Under the pieces are notes generated by a model. That model saw only the letters and a list, made by a program, of their open reading frames with translations, searched no databases and was not told the origin of the DNA. Below are positions 16,458 to 31,484 of a DNA stretch of 64,000 nucleotides, piece by piece. Numbering within the stretch: the first letter of the stretch is position 1; every line of letters starts with the position of its first letter. The position numbers and the translations under genes were made by a program. This DNA comes from Eledone cirrhosa (taxonomy: Eukaryota): contig OZ024746.1 of NCBI GenBank assembly GCA_964016885.1, forward strand, positions 88,412,001-88,476,000, in the 5' to 3' direction.

Positions 16458-16460
<3 letters not shown>
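15931..16460 (+). mobile_element. Retrozyme-like non-coding element, family A copy 1 (~1.25 x 420-nt monomer)
   Basis: cagccgtactaa repeats at ~15993 and ~16413. Contains an HHR, has no credible ORF and ends in (TA)n. Confidence 0.75.
16154..16196 (+). ncRNA. Minimal type I hammerhead ribozyme (family A)
   Basis: acgttg-CTGACGA-tagctaataagctt-GAAA-ctag-TA-gagcgt. Palindromic stem III ACTAGT, GUA cleavage triplet. Confidence 0.85.
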
Positions 16461-16494
<34 letters not shown>

Positions 16495-16500
<6 letters not shown>

Positions 16501-17098
16501 TATGTATATATTTATATATATATAAGTATGTATACGTACATATATATATGTATACAGTAGTATGTATATATATACATACATGTACACATATATACATGTA
16601 CGCATGGATTCACCGAACATTGATTATAATGCTCGGTGTGTTTGTAAACAAACATCCCGAATTAAGCCGTACAGTGTCTAGCAACCATCGTTGCTCATTT
16701 GTTCAACACTGACAAAGGAACGCTGTACTAGTTTCATGCTTATTAGCTATCGTCAGTAACGAATACCTTCCTGCCAGATGATTGAACGTCTGAATGTATA
16801 TACTTTTCTTATGCATATTAACGGCTGAGCAGCCTAATTTGCATATCGAGTAAGCTAATCGGCCGGGGTCCCGAAAACAATAAACGGAAAAAATGAAACG
16901 AAATTTCATTTCTCACTCTTAGTACAGCAGTTACTTAAATATAAGTATGTATACGTACATACATATATCTATACAGACGTACAGTAGTATATATATATAT
17001 ATATATACATACATGTACACATATATACATGTACGCATGGATTCACCGAACATTTATTATAATGCTCGGTGTGTTTGTAAACAAACATCCCGAATTAA

Positions 17099-17105
<7 letters not shown>
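16495..17105 (-). mobile_element. Retrozyme-like element, family A copy 2 (~1.4 monomers), HHR at 16720-16762
   Basis: Reverse complement of copies 1 and 3. cgcatggattcaccgaacat repeats at ~16601 and ~17034. Minus-strand CTGACGA..GAAACTAGTA-cagcgt. Confidence 0.75.
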
Positions 17106-17673
<568 letters not shown>

Positions 17674-18209
17674 GTGCAGAAGTGTGTGTGTTACACATAT
17701 TTTGGTGTGTGTGTATGTGTTTGGATATGTGAGTGTTATTCAATAAAAGAGTTGAAAACAAGAAGTAGATGCTAGGGAAAATGCACTAATATTTCTCATG
17801 GCGAAGAAATTGCTACGTTGACTCAGCGTTTGTACAATCGATACAACCGCAGCATAGCAATTATTGGGTTGATAAAATGATATTGTTTATCGCAAGTTAA
17901 CGATCTGAACTGAATTAAACGGGCCTGACCCATCAAATACAAATTCCCATCTTCAGAACATAATATCTAAACCCTCGCCATAACTTCATCTTCATAACAT
18001 AACAAAATATATGAATAATCTGCTACATAAGAATACTCTGTCTAGGCAAGCACAAAATACAATCGATGACAGATTTTTATATTATGTTTCAAAGATATTT
18101 CCTTACCGTCCTTTTCATCTTACTCTCGGTTTCAAATATATTTTTAACATTTGTTTAGTGACCGATGTCATTTGATTGTCCTTTGTGGTATTATATTGCA
18201 AGAACTAAT

Positions 18210-18500
18210 ATTCATCTTCCTCTTCTGGTTCTTTTTCTTCATCTATTTATTCCTTGTAGAGTCGTCGGGGAAGACTCTCAAACACTCCTTCCAGGGTGCC
18301 CTGTCAGAAGCAATGGTCTCCAACGGATCTGGCGGGATCGTCTTGCGAGACGAGCAATGCACATGGATGTTATCCAAACATCTTGCTCGTGGTCTATCAC
18401 AGGGTCTCCAGTCATTTATTTTTTTCCAGTAAAATCTCTCCAGCGATTTTTCCTGAGACATTCTAATCACATGGCCATAATATATCAGCTGTGATCTCTC
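18210..18500 (-). mobile_element. RTE-clade LINE 3' remnant
   Basis: Translation IRM..RPCDRPRARCLDNI..LETIASDRAPWKE resembles the RTE C-terminus (GRP..W.D....A.DR..W). It is followed by a GAA-rich tail. Confidence 0.6.
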
Positions 18501-18840
18501 AATTCGTAGAAGTAGCTACTATATTTGGAGGAACAACTTATCTAGCATGAGTAATTATGAAAGTTTCAGATCTATATTTCTTCGACAAGTGACTTTATAT
18601 GAGACTGCGTGTTGAAACTGAAACAATTATGTCGGTAAATACATTTAAATATATTTGTTTTGCAAGGTTTTTGATATGAAATCGTGTGTCGATACAAATA
18701 TTGTTATATTTATGATCCTCTCCAAGTATAAAATTTCAATATAAATGTATCCTTTACATACCTTGAGTTTTATCCGCTATCATCAAGTGACAACATATTT
18801 CAATTTGCGACATTCTCAAACATACTACTACTAATACAAT

Positions 18841-18875
<35 letters not shown>

Positions 18876-19224
18876 ATTCTTCGTTTGGCAGTTTCAGGCT
18901 CGTCCACAACACAACCTCTTCCACAAAAGCCACCAGGCACTGGAAAACAGCCAGCCCTTTCCGGCCCCCAAAATACGTCAGGCTGATCTTCACTATGGAC
19001 GCGATCAATCACCAGATCTGTCCCACACGCGATAAGAATTGTTCGACTACATCAACAAGTCAATATCATAGTCAGGTTCGATTAATTCTGTGATATCATA
19101 CTCTGCTTTATGAGAGCCCGAGTGCTCAAGCGGCCTGTCGCAAACGGACGCCCTAAGCATCCAACACCAATTATATATATATATAAGGGGGTGTTAAAGT
19201 TTGCTTGAAGCATTGTGAAATATG

Positions 19225-19554
19225 TAAAATATGTAGTTTAGAAAGCCACAACAATGCAGATGGGAAATCTCGAGGTAGGAAGTGAATGAGAAATAGGAGA
19301 AAAGTGAAAATTGAGAGAAACGGAAAAACAACTTTCTCCGGCTTAGCCTGTACCCCCCCCCCCCCTTTTGGAACTTTCCCCCCGTTGATGGGCGTGAGCC
19401 CGAAATATTGGGATTAAATCTCCACTACGGTAACCCTTCTACCTTTGTTTTGTTTTCGTTTTTTCGTTTCTCTCAATTTTCACTTTTCTCCTATTTCTCA
19501 CTCACTTCCTACCTCGAGATTTCCCATCTGCATTGTTGTGGCTTTCTAAACTAC

Positions 19555-19562
<8 letters not shown>
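19225..19562. repeat. Fold-back element: ~105-bp near-perfect inverted arms around a ~120-bp spacer with a degenerate HHR (19377-19413)
   Basis: aaaatatgtagtttagaaagccacaacaatgcagatggg... versus ...cccatctgcattgttgtggctttctaaactacatatttt. The spacer has TTGAT-GGGC-GTGA-GCCC-GAAA-TATT-GGGA. Confidence 0.75.
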
Positions 19563-19595
<33 letters not shown>

Positions 19596-19841
19596 TACAA
19601 AGTGAGGTTTTTTTTTAAAAATGAAAAAAAAAACGAGGTGTCCTACACGAGTGGAAGTATAAGGAGAAAAGATGAAATCGAAAATGCAACTGGAGTCTTT
19701 TTTTTAAATATATATATATATTTATTTTGTTTCTTTACCGGTTTCGCAGTTTTTTCAAAAGTAGAATAGCGATGGAGGGTTTGTGGTTTTTCTCACATCA
19801 TTATATATATCTATATAATACAATGATCATTACAACGATCA

Positions 19842-19882
<41 letters not shown>

Positions 19883-20372
19883 GTATAGGATTATCCAAGA
19901 TGTAGTGATGGTTAATTACTACACTGGATATGGTTGACGTACGGTAAGAGGTTACTCTACGAGTTATGGAAGAATTGTTCAAGAAACTTAGTTCCTGATC
20001 CTTCAGTATTCCGGAGTGTATATAAAGAATGAATAATAACAGGTAGACATCATAAAAAGGTAGTTTATTCCGTGTGCTTACAAGTGTTTCCACGGTGGTA
20101 CTGCAGCCTAGTTCCGCTACGTGCAAATTCACAAGTATTTGCAGAACTCGAATATCCAATGCTGTGACCACTGTTTCCTCAGAGCAGAATGGTAAATATA
20201 CAATGTAAAAACCCTTAAGTGGGGTTGTTGGGGAAGATAGAGTGGAACAGGAAGAGAGAAAAAAGTAGGGAAGAAGGAGAGAGAAGGAAAGATATGCAGG
20301 GGTTGGAGAAGTAGGAGAGAGTGGCTTGTAGATACCTTAATCAAAATGTTATGGTAGGGGTAAAATGAGGTA

Positions 20373-20460
20373 TCCTCTTGATAAGTCGGCAGACCTCGCA
20401 AGGACTCTATATCTTTGATATATTGTTTTTGTTTATGCCACGAAACTACGTAGTCGAGGA
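20373..20460 (+). ncRNA. Type I hammerhead ribozyme, U3-A8 core variant (PLE pseudo-LTR)
   Basis: tcctc-TTGATAA-gtcggca...tgccac-GAAA-ctacgtag-TC-gagga. Perfect 5-bp stem I, palindromic stem III ACTACGTAGT, GUC triplet. Second copy at 56801. Confidence 0.8.
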
Positions 20461-20691
20461 ATTTAGGAACAGTTTAGGTATGATACATTTTATTACTAAT
20501 TATATCTAAATGTTTCTTCTCTCTTCAGAATGTATTTTTAACTCTGATACTGGTTCAGTCTGGTTCAAACTGAATTGGTCTGTCCCAGTCATTCATTGAG
20601 CAACATCGGTGAAGTTGGCACCCTTAACTCACAGTTGGGTGCGGATGCATTCATGTATATATGTGTGTGTCCGCATGTATCTGTGTGTTTC

Positions 20692-20728
<37 letters not shown>

Positions 20729-20860
20729 TTTTGCTCCACCGTTCTTATATATTTGATATATAGTTATCCTTATCGAGCCCTCTTTAGATTGTAGTCTTCA
20801 AATATATTATTATTACTATTATTATTATATATATATATATATGCGCGCACACACACACAC

Positions 20861-20907
<47 letters not shown>

Positions 20908-20908
20908 G

Positions 20909-20944
<36 letters not shown>

Positions 20945-21085
20945 CGTTAGAATATGTGTAATAAGGCCAAGACAATGCAGATATGGACATAGAAAAAGAA
21001 TGCAATAGTGAGAGATATTGATGAGAATTCGTCTTATAACCTCCTATAACCTCCTATAACCTCCTCCTCCTATAACCTCCTCCTC

Positions 21086-21165
<80 letters not shown>

Positions 21166-22842
21166 TGATCAATGTAATGATCATTGTATCATTCTTTATA
21201 TGTTATGTAACGTACAAGAACGTATATGAGTGTTTGGGGAGGTGTAGTGTACCTGAGTGTGTGGGAGTGTATGGATCTTTACAAAACTAACATATTTGTA
21301 TGATTAGGAAGACATGTTTACCGGTATAAGTTTAGATGTAAACATATAGTGTGAAATAGCACATTACAGAACATACTAACGACTGGTTTATTTTATATGT
21401 GAAGCAAATGTTATTTATTCAATACAAAGTTGTTGATATTTATTTATTTTTCTTCTCATGAAGTGTTATTCCCTTTAGTAACCAAAGAGAAAAATGTCAA
21501 CTTAACAAAATTGGATTTGAATTGACTAATTTACTCGCAATAAGAATGAAGATAATTTATTTGATTAATGAGATTAAGACTCCAGGAACACCAAGGCCGC
21601 AGCTACACTAGTCAGTGTGAATATTCCATGTTGGTTATGTTATCTCAACTGGAATAACATCGTACATATGTTTCGTTAGACGATAGTCAACATTGATAAA
21701 TTTTAACTATATATCACAGCTGGATTTGACCTACCTGTCTGTGTATGTTGGCATATAACAGAGTATGGTTGCAGTGTCATAATCTGAAACATATTCAGCT
21801 GTTTGTTTTTACTACAAATTTCTGGTGGAAATTCGTTATTCTTGCATAACCTTAATTATATGAAAAGAGATATTTATCATCTCTGTGGATAATAGTAGTT
21901 TTTTACTAAGACTGGGCATCCACTTACGATCGGGTTATTGGTATAATAACGACTCCACATAATTTGCAGTAACTGTATTTTTAGCCCTTTCTGCTGGGGA
22001 GACCATTAAAGTGTGCTGCAATTAGAAATTCATCAAACTCGGATATTACTCCAGAGGTTCTTTACCAGATTATTTTTAAATGTTGTGTATCGACTTCCTC
22101 CCCTCCCAGTATGTTTCACCTATTGGTAATGTATAGGTATACTTAACATAGATTCGTATAGCAATCTGTAGATGTATTTATTTAAAATTTGAATATATAT
22201 CATTATCGCAGTTTCTGTGGCATTTTCTTCTGTGATTTTATAATTGTTTCCTGTGTTTAAGGTAGGTATTAGCTTTCTACTTTAGATGTTTGGTGATGTA
22301 TCCGAAATGTAGTCATTAGATTTTTTTTTTTTTCTGTTGTTCTGCTGGATTTTTTAATGCCTAGTTCAGAATGTTGACATGTAGCTTATTAACAGAATTG
22401 CTAGGTTATTGGTATGTATTACTTTATTTTCTGCATTTATTTCCGTATAAGTGTGTAATCGAACTCGTCAATTATATTGATTTCTAATCAGCTGGTACCA
22501 ATGAGTGTTTAGACGCATTCCTCATTGTACCATATGTGTTTGTACGTACGTGCTTTGTCAATTTCTCATACTTAAATTACTTTATCTAGCCTGCTATTAG
22601 AGTTTTCACTAATTATCGTCTCCTCAGAGGCTAGATCCAGTTTGAATATCTTACAAATCCATTACAACCGGAGTAGCGAAATATCATGAAGTAACAAACG
22701 ACTGGATGCTGAAACACGTTGACAAATACGTTGACAAACTCGAGTGGGAATAAACAGATTCATTCGAACGTCAAAGAGAGCAAAATATGTGCATCTTTTC
22801 TAACAACTAATATCCAGGCTGAGGCTGGAAACACCATAGGAA

Positions 22843-23035
22843 CTGTGGCAATCGTTGTTGCAAAGCAAATAACATTCGGACGCCATGCTTTCCAGCATAG
22901 TTACGTCCGTTTACGATCTGAGTTCAAATCCCGCCGAGGTTGATTTTGCCTTTCATCCTTACGAGGTCGATAAAATAAAGTACCAATAATGCACTGGGTA
23001 ATTGCTGGCCTTTTGCCTAAAGTAGAAACAATTAT
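22843..23035 (+). mobile_element. tRNA-derived SINE (short subtype)
   Basis: B box gagttcaaatccc, core gcctttcatccttacgaggtcgataaaataaagtacc, tail gcctaaagtagaaacaatt. Confidence 0.85.
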
Positions 23036-23059
23036 TAGCTAATTAATAGTATAAGGTCA

Positions 23060-23480
23060 TGAGCAACTGCCATTGAGGTGTGAGCAGAAAACTCTGCAAG
23101 ACAATTATGTGGCCCGTAGCAAACAATCTGATGTGTGCTGATAACCAGAATCACACCCATCTGTGGCTACGTAACTTAGAGATAAATACAGAGAATGAAT
23201 GCCTCATCCTAAGTGTTGAAGATCAACGCTTATTAACTCAGAAATATCAGGACAATGTGATGAGTAATAGATTAGATCTAAATGGCCGATTCTGCAATGA
23301 TGAGATTGAAACAGTTGACTACTTAATTTCTGAATGCATATTTTCTACCAGTTGAATATAAATCAAAGCTTGAGACAGCTGGCCAATATCTACTCTGTTT
23401 AATAGGTCAGCATTATGAGATGAAAGTTAATGGTTTAAGCATCGCCTTGATGATGTTGTAGCTGAAGGGAAAAACATGCC
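23060..23480 (+). mobile_element. R4/Dong-clade LINE remnant (CCHC region)
   Basis: LWLRNLEINTENECLILSVEDQRLLTQKYQ..RFCNDEIETVDYLISEC matches the WL..ETEG.I.AAQDQ.L.T..Y..CR.C...ETVDH++SGC pattern. Has stops and frameshifts. Confidence 0.7.
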
Positions 23481-23571
23481 GACACTTTCCTGAACATAGG
23501 GAAGAATAGTTTCGCCGGGATTTGAAATGAAAACGTTAATAGCTGCCTAGTTATAATAGCCTAGCAATACA

Positions 23572-23573
<2 letters not shown>

Positions 23574-23627
<54 letters not shown>
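23574..23627. repeat. (TAG)n microsatellite
   Basis: About 17 tandem tag/agt units. Confidence 0.95.
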
Positions 23628-24402
23628 ATACAAAGCAAGCGTTATCCTGTTAGACATCATTCCATTGTGAAACCTGTGCGTGAAATGGTTTTGAAAATCA
23701 TTCAATTAATTCCGTGTAATTTTACAGGACATGTGTGTTTCTTTAGTTAACTGTATGAAGTTAGGAGCAATCCATCTTCCCAAACCTTTATTTGTCTGTA
23801 TTAACAATCAGCCATGAACTTTATTTCTTAGTACACGTGGACCAAATCATACAATAGTGGACAAGATGATTTGAAGTATAACATATATAATATATCATGG
23901 TAGATATTATTCAATGCTTGTCAAATTAATCCTAACCAATGCAGTGATCGTTGTTTTATTTATAACTGTAGAGGTGCAGTCACACTTCATCACTTGTCTC
24001 TAATGCACATGATATATCAAGAATCTGGACAACAGTATTCTTTGTTTTAGTCATTGCATATTTAAACAGTTTATATTACATGGATTTATTGAAAAGACTG
24101 TATGGTGGAATATGAGACGGTTTCGGCCAATAGGTACCATATGACGAATACAAACAGAGAAACAGTTACTACTTGGCTCCGAGAAGAAAAAATGCTACTA
24201 TTTTATAAAAGCCGTCAGATATATTTCAGTGGCGTGCAACAGTCTGGAATGGACAACTCTTTTACTATGTGCAACTAGTCTTATGGAAATAGCAATACAC
24301 GTATATTAGAGAAACATACGTACAGTAATATCAGATGTAGAAACAGAAAAAAGGAATACTATATACACAGACACAAATACACAAACACAGACACACATAC
24401 AA

Positions 24403-24442
<40 letters not shown>

Positions 24443-24487
24443 GTATATGCATATACATACACACAAACACACACACACACACACATA

Positions 24488-24531
<44 letters not shown>

Positions 24532-24670
24532 TTGCGAGGTTTCCGATATAAAGTCGTATGTCGAAACAAATATTGTTATACTCGGGGTGGGTCATATTGT
24601 TGTAATAATATTGTATATTTATAAAACCATATTTTTTCTATTATATATATTTCAAGGGTACCAGAATATG

Positions 24671-24709
<39 letters not shown>

Positions 24710-24710
24710 C

Positions 24711-24749
24711 CACCTACGTACGTTTCGCCCAGTTGGGCTTCTCAAGGGC
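24711..24749 (-). ncRNA. Minimal type I hammerhead ribozyme, U3-A8 core variant
   Basis: Minus strand: gccc-TTGAGAA-gccc-aact-gggc-GAAA-cgtacg-TA-ggtg. Perfect stem II, palindromic stem III ACGTACGT, weak stem I. Adjacent to (TA)n. Confidence 0.7.
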
Positions 24750-25082
24750 ATAAATAAACAAAAGTGTTCCTTACATTGCTCGGAAAGAGTTGTTCGGGTT
24801 ATATTTCACCTCAAGATTCATTGCTCGCAAAAATAGCGTGTTTTGATTTTGAAGCAGGTCCAGGGAGGTAATTATGGCCGGTGTTAGGGCAGTCTTTCCC
24901 GGTAACATTTTTTATCCGTTATAATATGTTGTTACAACCTTACCATTATCGATACGCACAGTGTCATGTAATCAACGCATGTAAATAAACTTTGGCATAC
25001 GCTACTTGGCAAATAACTAGATGTATACCCAATCCTCCATTTTTTCTCTCTCTCGATACGTAAATACTGTATATATATATAT

Positions 25083-25767
25083 ATAATCAAGGTTTAGCAA
25101 ATAAGATAAAGTTTCAAAAATAAATTTTTAAAAATTAACTGTACTTACTATGGTTACCTTTACCGATTCGGTTTCGATTCTCAAAAATAAACGGAGTCCA
25201 TACGGCCTTCGTTGCAAAGAAAGAATCTCGTCAGAAGGTTCTTTTCATTCGGAGAAAATAAAATTCTCGAATTCAAATTACGAACTGGCGCTATTCAAAA
25301 TTGTTCCCGAGATGAGAGTAAATGAAGTGGAATCAATTTTTTCAAGGGCCGAGTGTAAAGATAAAGGCAGAGGCAGAGAGGTCAGATGGCTACTGCTATA
25401 ACTAGCAGCAGTCAGAACGACCAAATTTTTCTCAACATAGAGGAGGTAATAATAATAGGATATGTGTTCCTACACGCACAAGGCGCTAAGGGACACATGT
25501 ATCGTCCAACCATATGCCAATGTGCTTCAATGGCAGGTTAATAAATTAACGAGCCAGAACATATATAATCAAGATTTAGCAAATAAGATAAAGTTTCAAA
25601 ATAAATTTTAAAAAATTATTTTGAAACTTTATCTTATTTGCTAAACCTTGATTATATATGTTCTGGCTCGTTAATTTATTAACCTGCCATTGAACCACAT
25701 TGCCATATGGTTGGACGATACATGTGTCCCTTAGCGCCTTGTGCGTGTAGGAACACATATCCTATTA

Positions 25768-25768
<1 letters not shown>
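25083..25768 (-). mobile_element. Retrozyme-like element, family C (~482-nt monomer) with ~315-bp terminal palindrome
   Basis: tttagcaaataagataaagtttcaaaa recurs at ~25093 and ~25575. 25452-25768 is a near-perfect palindrome centred ~25610. Contains a canonical HHR and is flanked by (TA)n. Confidence 0.75.
25156..25239 (-). ncRNA. Canonical type I hammerhead ribozyme (family C)
   Basis: Minus strand: acctt-CTGACGA-gattct...agaatc-GAAA-ccgaatcgg-TA-aaggt. All three stems pair, GUA triplet. Confidence 0.9.
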
Positions 25769-25807
<39 letters not shown>

Positions 25808-26023
25808 TTTAAATAGAGGTGTGACACACGAGATGTGATATATTATTAAAACGGAAGAGAAAATGCAAACACATTTTCCCAGTGAAAGATAGTTTAATTG
25901 GGAATAAGTATAAATTAGCATTAAGTATTATTTAGTATTCAGTTTTAGTTTTAAGTTTTTACGGTTTGCGCATTTCTTATGCTTTCCAAAATTGATTTTG
26001 AGATAGAATGCTCGTGACTTTTG

Positions 26024-26102
<79 letters not shown>

Positions 26103-26109
26103 TTAATTC

Positions 26110-26300
26110 AAATAACAGATTAAAGTTTAAGCAAAGATTCGCTGCTTTCACCCTTATCGGGATCTTCTGAATTTCAGAAGATCCCGTTAAGTGTGAAAGC
26201 AGCGATTCTTTGCTTAAACTTTAATCTGTTATTTTAATAATTATTAGCTCTACGGTTCTTATATATTTGAAATATAGTTATGCTTATCGAGCCCTCTTTT
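26110..26300. repeat. Family E palindromic element with HHR-like motif
   Basis: ~125-bp palindrome centred on ttctgaa|tttcagaa (~26171). Each arm has CAGAAGA-tccc-gttaa-gggt-GAAA. Related copies at ~12520-12735, ~20725-20790 and ~42930-43120. Confidence 0.7.
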
Positions 26301-26684
26301 GATTATTACTATATATATGTATATATATATGTGTGTGACCTGTCGCTTTCAATTCCCTTACTACTATCCTTTTTCTCTCTCCGCCGCCTTCACTCTCCTT
26401 CTCCCTCATACTTTCATTCACCACCTCTGCTAGTCACCCTCTCTCGGCTAGCCTATTCCTCACACTTGGACTCAATCACTTGCTGTTACTCACCACTCGT
26501 GTTTGTTTACCTGTATCTCTTTCCCACCGAATTCTTTTCATCCCAATAACTTATTTTAGTTATTGTTTGCGCTAGTCTGAGGCATCTGATCTTTAATGCT
26601 AGAAATACGTATGACGGCTAGTAGACCACTGATGATGGATAGTCCTGGCTTCTATTTCTAATTCTTCATTTTAGTTTGTATATA

Positions 26685-26792
<108 letters not shown>

Positions 26793-26919
26793 AGAAGTTT
26801 ACATACACACAAACTAGACTGAGCCATAGATATATATATATGCATATGTTTTTGGCAACCATTCACAGTGTGGCTCAATGACGAATTAATTAATTAAATA
26901 ATCAACAATCAGAACAATA

Positions 26920-27455
26920 TATAAGAAAGTAAGTCCATAGAATCATTAGATAAAATATATACAGTATTTCTTCTCCCAATTAGCATAGTCAACCATACAA
27001 AAAATCATTTAAACGAAGCTATAAGTTTAAAATATATGTAGAAATAATAGATAAATAAATGATAGCTTTTTATCTGCGACACATAGCCACAGAAAATGTA
27101 CCTAGTATTTCTGATAGCCTGTAGAAATTGACTAACATATATACATAACCATACATAATTAGGTACAAAACCCAAGTTAGATGAAAAAATGTACATAAAC
27201 ACCAAAATTATCAAAATATATCTCTAGCCCCCGGAGGTTTCATTCGGTTTTTGGACATAATCGATCTTGGATAAATCTAACGAGTTTTGAAATCATCAGG
27301 AGACAAACTATCATTTATTTATCTATTATTTCTTCATAGGTATATTTTGAACTTATAGCCTCGTTTAAATGATTTTTGAATGGTTTATTATGCTGATTGG
27401 GAGAAGAAATACTGTATATATTTTATCTAATGATTCTATGGACTTACGTTCATAT
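26920..27455 (-). mobile_element. Family D fold-back element: ~145-bp inverted arms enclosing an HHR (27221-27303)
   Basis: Arms 26920-27066 and 27308-27455 are reverse complements. Minus strand tctc-CTGATGA-tttc...gaat-GAAA-cctccggggg(c)-TA-gaga. Another arm copy at ~49322-49432. Confidence 0.7.
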
Positions 27456-27461
27456 ATATAT

Positions 27462-27498
<37 letters not shown>

Positions 27499-27838
27499 AG
27501 GAAATTAGAAGATGGCTAGAAAATTCCACGTATTTTATTATGCGAATTTCAAAAACAAATATCATCATGGGACGATATTTGCGTTTTCATCAGATAAAAT
27601 AGGGAGACATGATATGATGTCTAAAAAACAGTTGTGAACAAGGTAGTGTCTACTCAACATATGATAAATAAATTTAAAAGGATATAGAAGATTGGAAAAA
27701 AGAGGGGAGGAAGAGGAAAAAGGAAGGAAGATGATGAAAGGTAAAAAGAAGGAGAGGATAGTGTAGGAAGAATATAAGAAGGAAGGAGGAGAGAGGAGAG
27801 AGATAGGAGATAGATAGAGAGAGAGAGAGGGAGAGAGC

Positions 27839-29498
<1,660 letters not shown>

Positions 29499-29499
29499 T

Positions 29500-30320
29500 C
29501 GAACTAAAGAACACCAGACTACGATCTCTAACTGGATTGTCGTGGATTATGTGAAAGGCATATAATCGAAATATACACTCCCTTGACCATGAAAATGCCG
29601 AAGTACATGAATTACTTGACATCCCTGCGTTGTGCATCTCCAATACTTATAACACTTTTAATGCTTGCACTATCTTTAATACTTATAATATTTCTCCACA
29701 CACAGACTACATCAATCATATAAAGACTTTGCCACCAGATCTACCAACCTAACACTCTTATTTACCTACCTAAGTGCCTCTACCACACATATCTCTCTGC
29801 CACACTATATAAACAAGACGCACATGCGTGCCACACATATAACATTTGCACTATATAACCACTTATCTTCATGTTGTACTTTAACCTATATCTTTGATTT
29901 TTGATTGTACCTATTAATATAAATGTAATCTCGAAGTGTGTACTGCCACTCTAAATTTTGTAATGAATGTTGACCCACAATGTTTGAATATGTATCAATG
30001 TTTGAATATGTATTGGTATGTCTCTCGGCTGAAAAGGAGGTCATATAACTGTCCATGCATTAATAAATTGCTCCGAAGAATCCAAACCTCGGTTTGGAGG
30101 AAACAGCTGTAAGCACAATAATGTTTTGAACAGTTCTTTGATTCTTATATTTCATATAACTGCTCTGTAAATCATCTGATGTTTTTACATTGAGCTACTT
30201 AACTTACTGGTAATAAGGTAGTAATACATTACTGCCTACCACTATTTAGGGTGTGTGTAGAATACTTACAACTGCTTAAGGTTTTGTGTTTACATAACCA
30301 TAAATAGTATAACTAATACT
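29500..30320 (+). mobile_element. 5'-truncated PLE 3' end (endonuclease tail remnant plus pseudo-LTR)
   Basis: Remnant peptides RTKEHQ and CERHIIEIYTPL resemble the GIY-YIG tail. HHR at 30069-30115. Ends in (TA)n. Confidence 0.55.
30069..30115 (+). ncRNA. Type I hammerhead ribozyme motif (U4C substitution)
   Basis: tgct-CCGAAGA-a-tccaaac-ctcg-gtttgga-g-GAAA-cagctg-TA-agca. Palindromic stem III ACAGCTGT. Confidence 0.75.
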
Positions 30321-30332
30321 ATATATATATAT

Positions 30333-30367
<35 letters not shown>

Positions 30368-30368
30368 C

Positions 30369-30401
<33 letters not shown>

Positions 30402-30402
30402 C

Positions 30403-30495
<93 letters not shown>

Positions 30496-30526
30496 CATAT
30501 ATACATATATATATGTATATATATAC

Positions 30527-30680
<154 letters not shown>

Positions 30681-31224
30681 GAAAAGTGTAATTTTCTACA
30701 CAAAACGAAGGTTATAGAGAAAATTGAGGTTGGTAATGGCACATGGAATATATAAGAGACAGAATACTTTTTTGTGAAAAAACATAATTTTATAAGGTAA
30801 GGAAATAATAAAGGGTATAAAAAATGACCGGTTTCGATGGGTCTGCAAAAGCCATCTTTTCAAATGTTGATTAATATTAAGAAAAATTAATAATACGAAG
30901 AGTTAAAATTTGAGACTTGAAAATTCAAGTATAAAATTCATTGTGGGATTTCATAGCAGTTTTCATCTAGGTAGCAACAACAGGTTGACTGCTGTGTCCC
31001 TTTCTGGTAGTGAATGAGAAGTTATTTGGGGTGTGGGTTATTTTATAAAGGTCAGATTTAGCAATCACCAACTGGCCAGCTGCTGGTCAGTGAGGGGGTG
31101 GAAGCAATATACATACACATATCTTCCTGTGGTGGGTAGGAGAGTGGAGCGTGATAGAAAGGGATTTAGTGCACTTACACCTATATATACACACATACCT
31201 TCATCCACACATACATACATATAC

Positions 31225-31261
<37 letters not shown>

Positions 31262-31326
31262 CACACATACATACACACACACATACATATACATACACAC
31301 ATACACACACACACATATATACACAT

Positions 31327-31373
<47 letters not shown>

Positions 31374-31440
31374 TATATATACATACACATACATCCAGAT
31401 ACACACATACATACACACACACACACACACATATATATAT

Positions 31441-31484
<44 letters not shown>

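Noticed and set aside
26571-26640. Degenerate HHR-like string CTGAGGcat..atgcta-GAAA-tacgta-TG
   Set aside because: Core and cleavage triplet are both defective. Similar weak candidates at ~9985, ~15720-15850, ~43310-43550, ~57550 and ~61930 were also not called.
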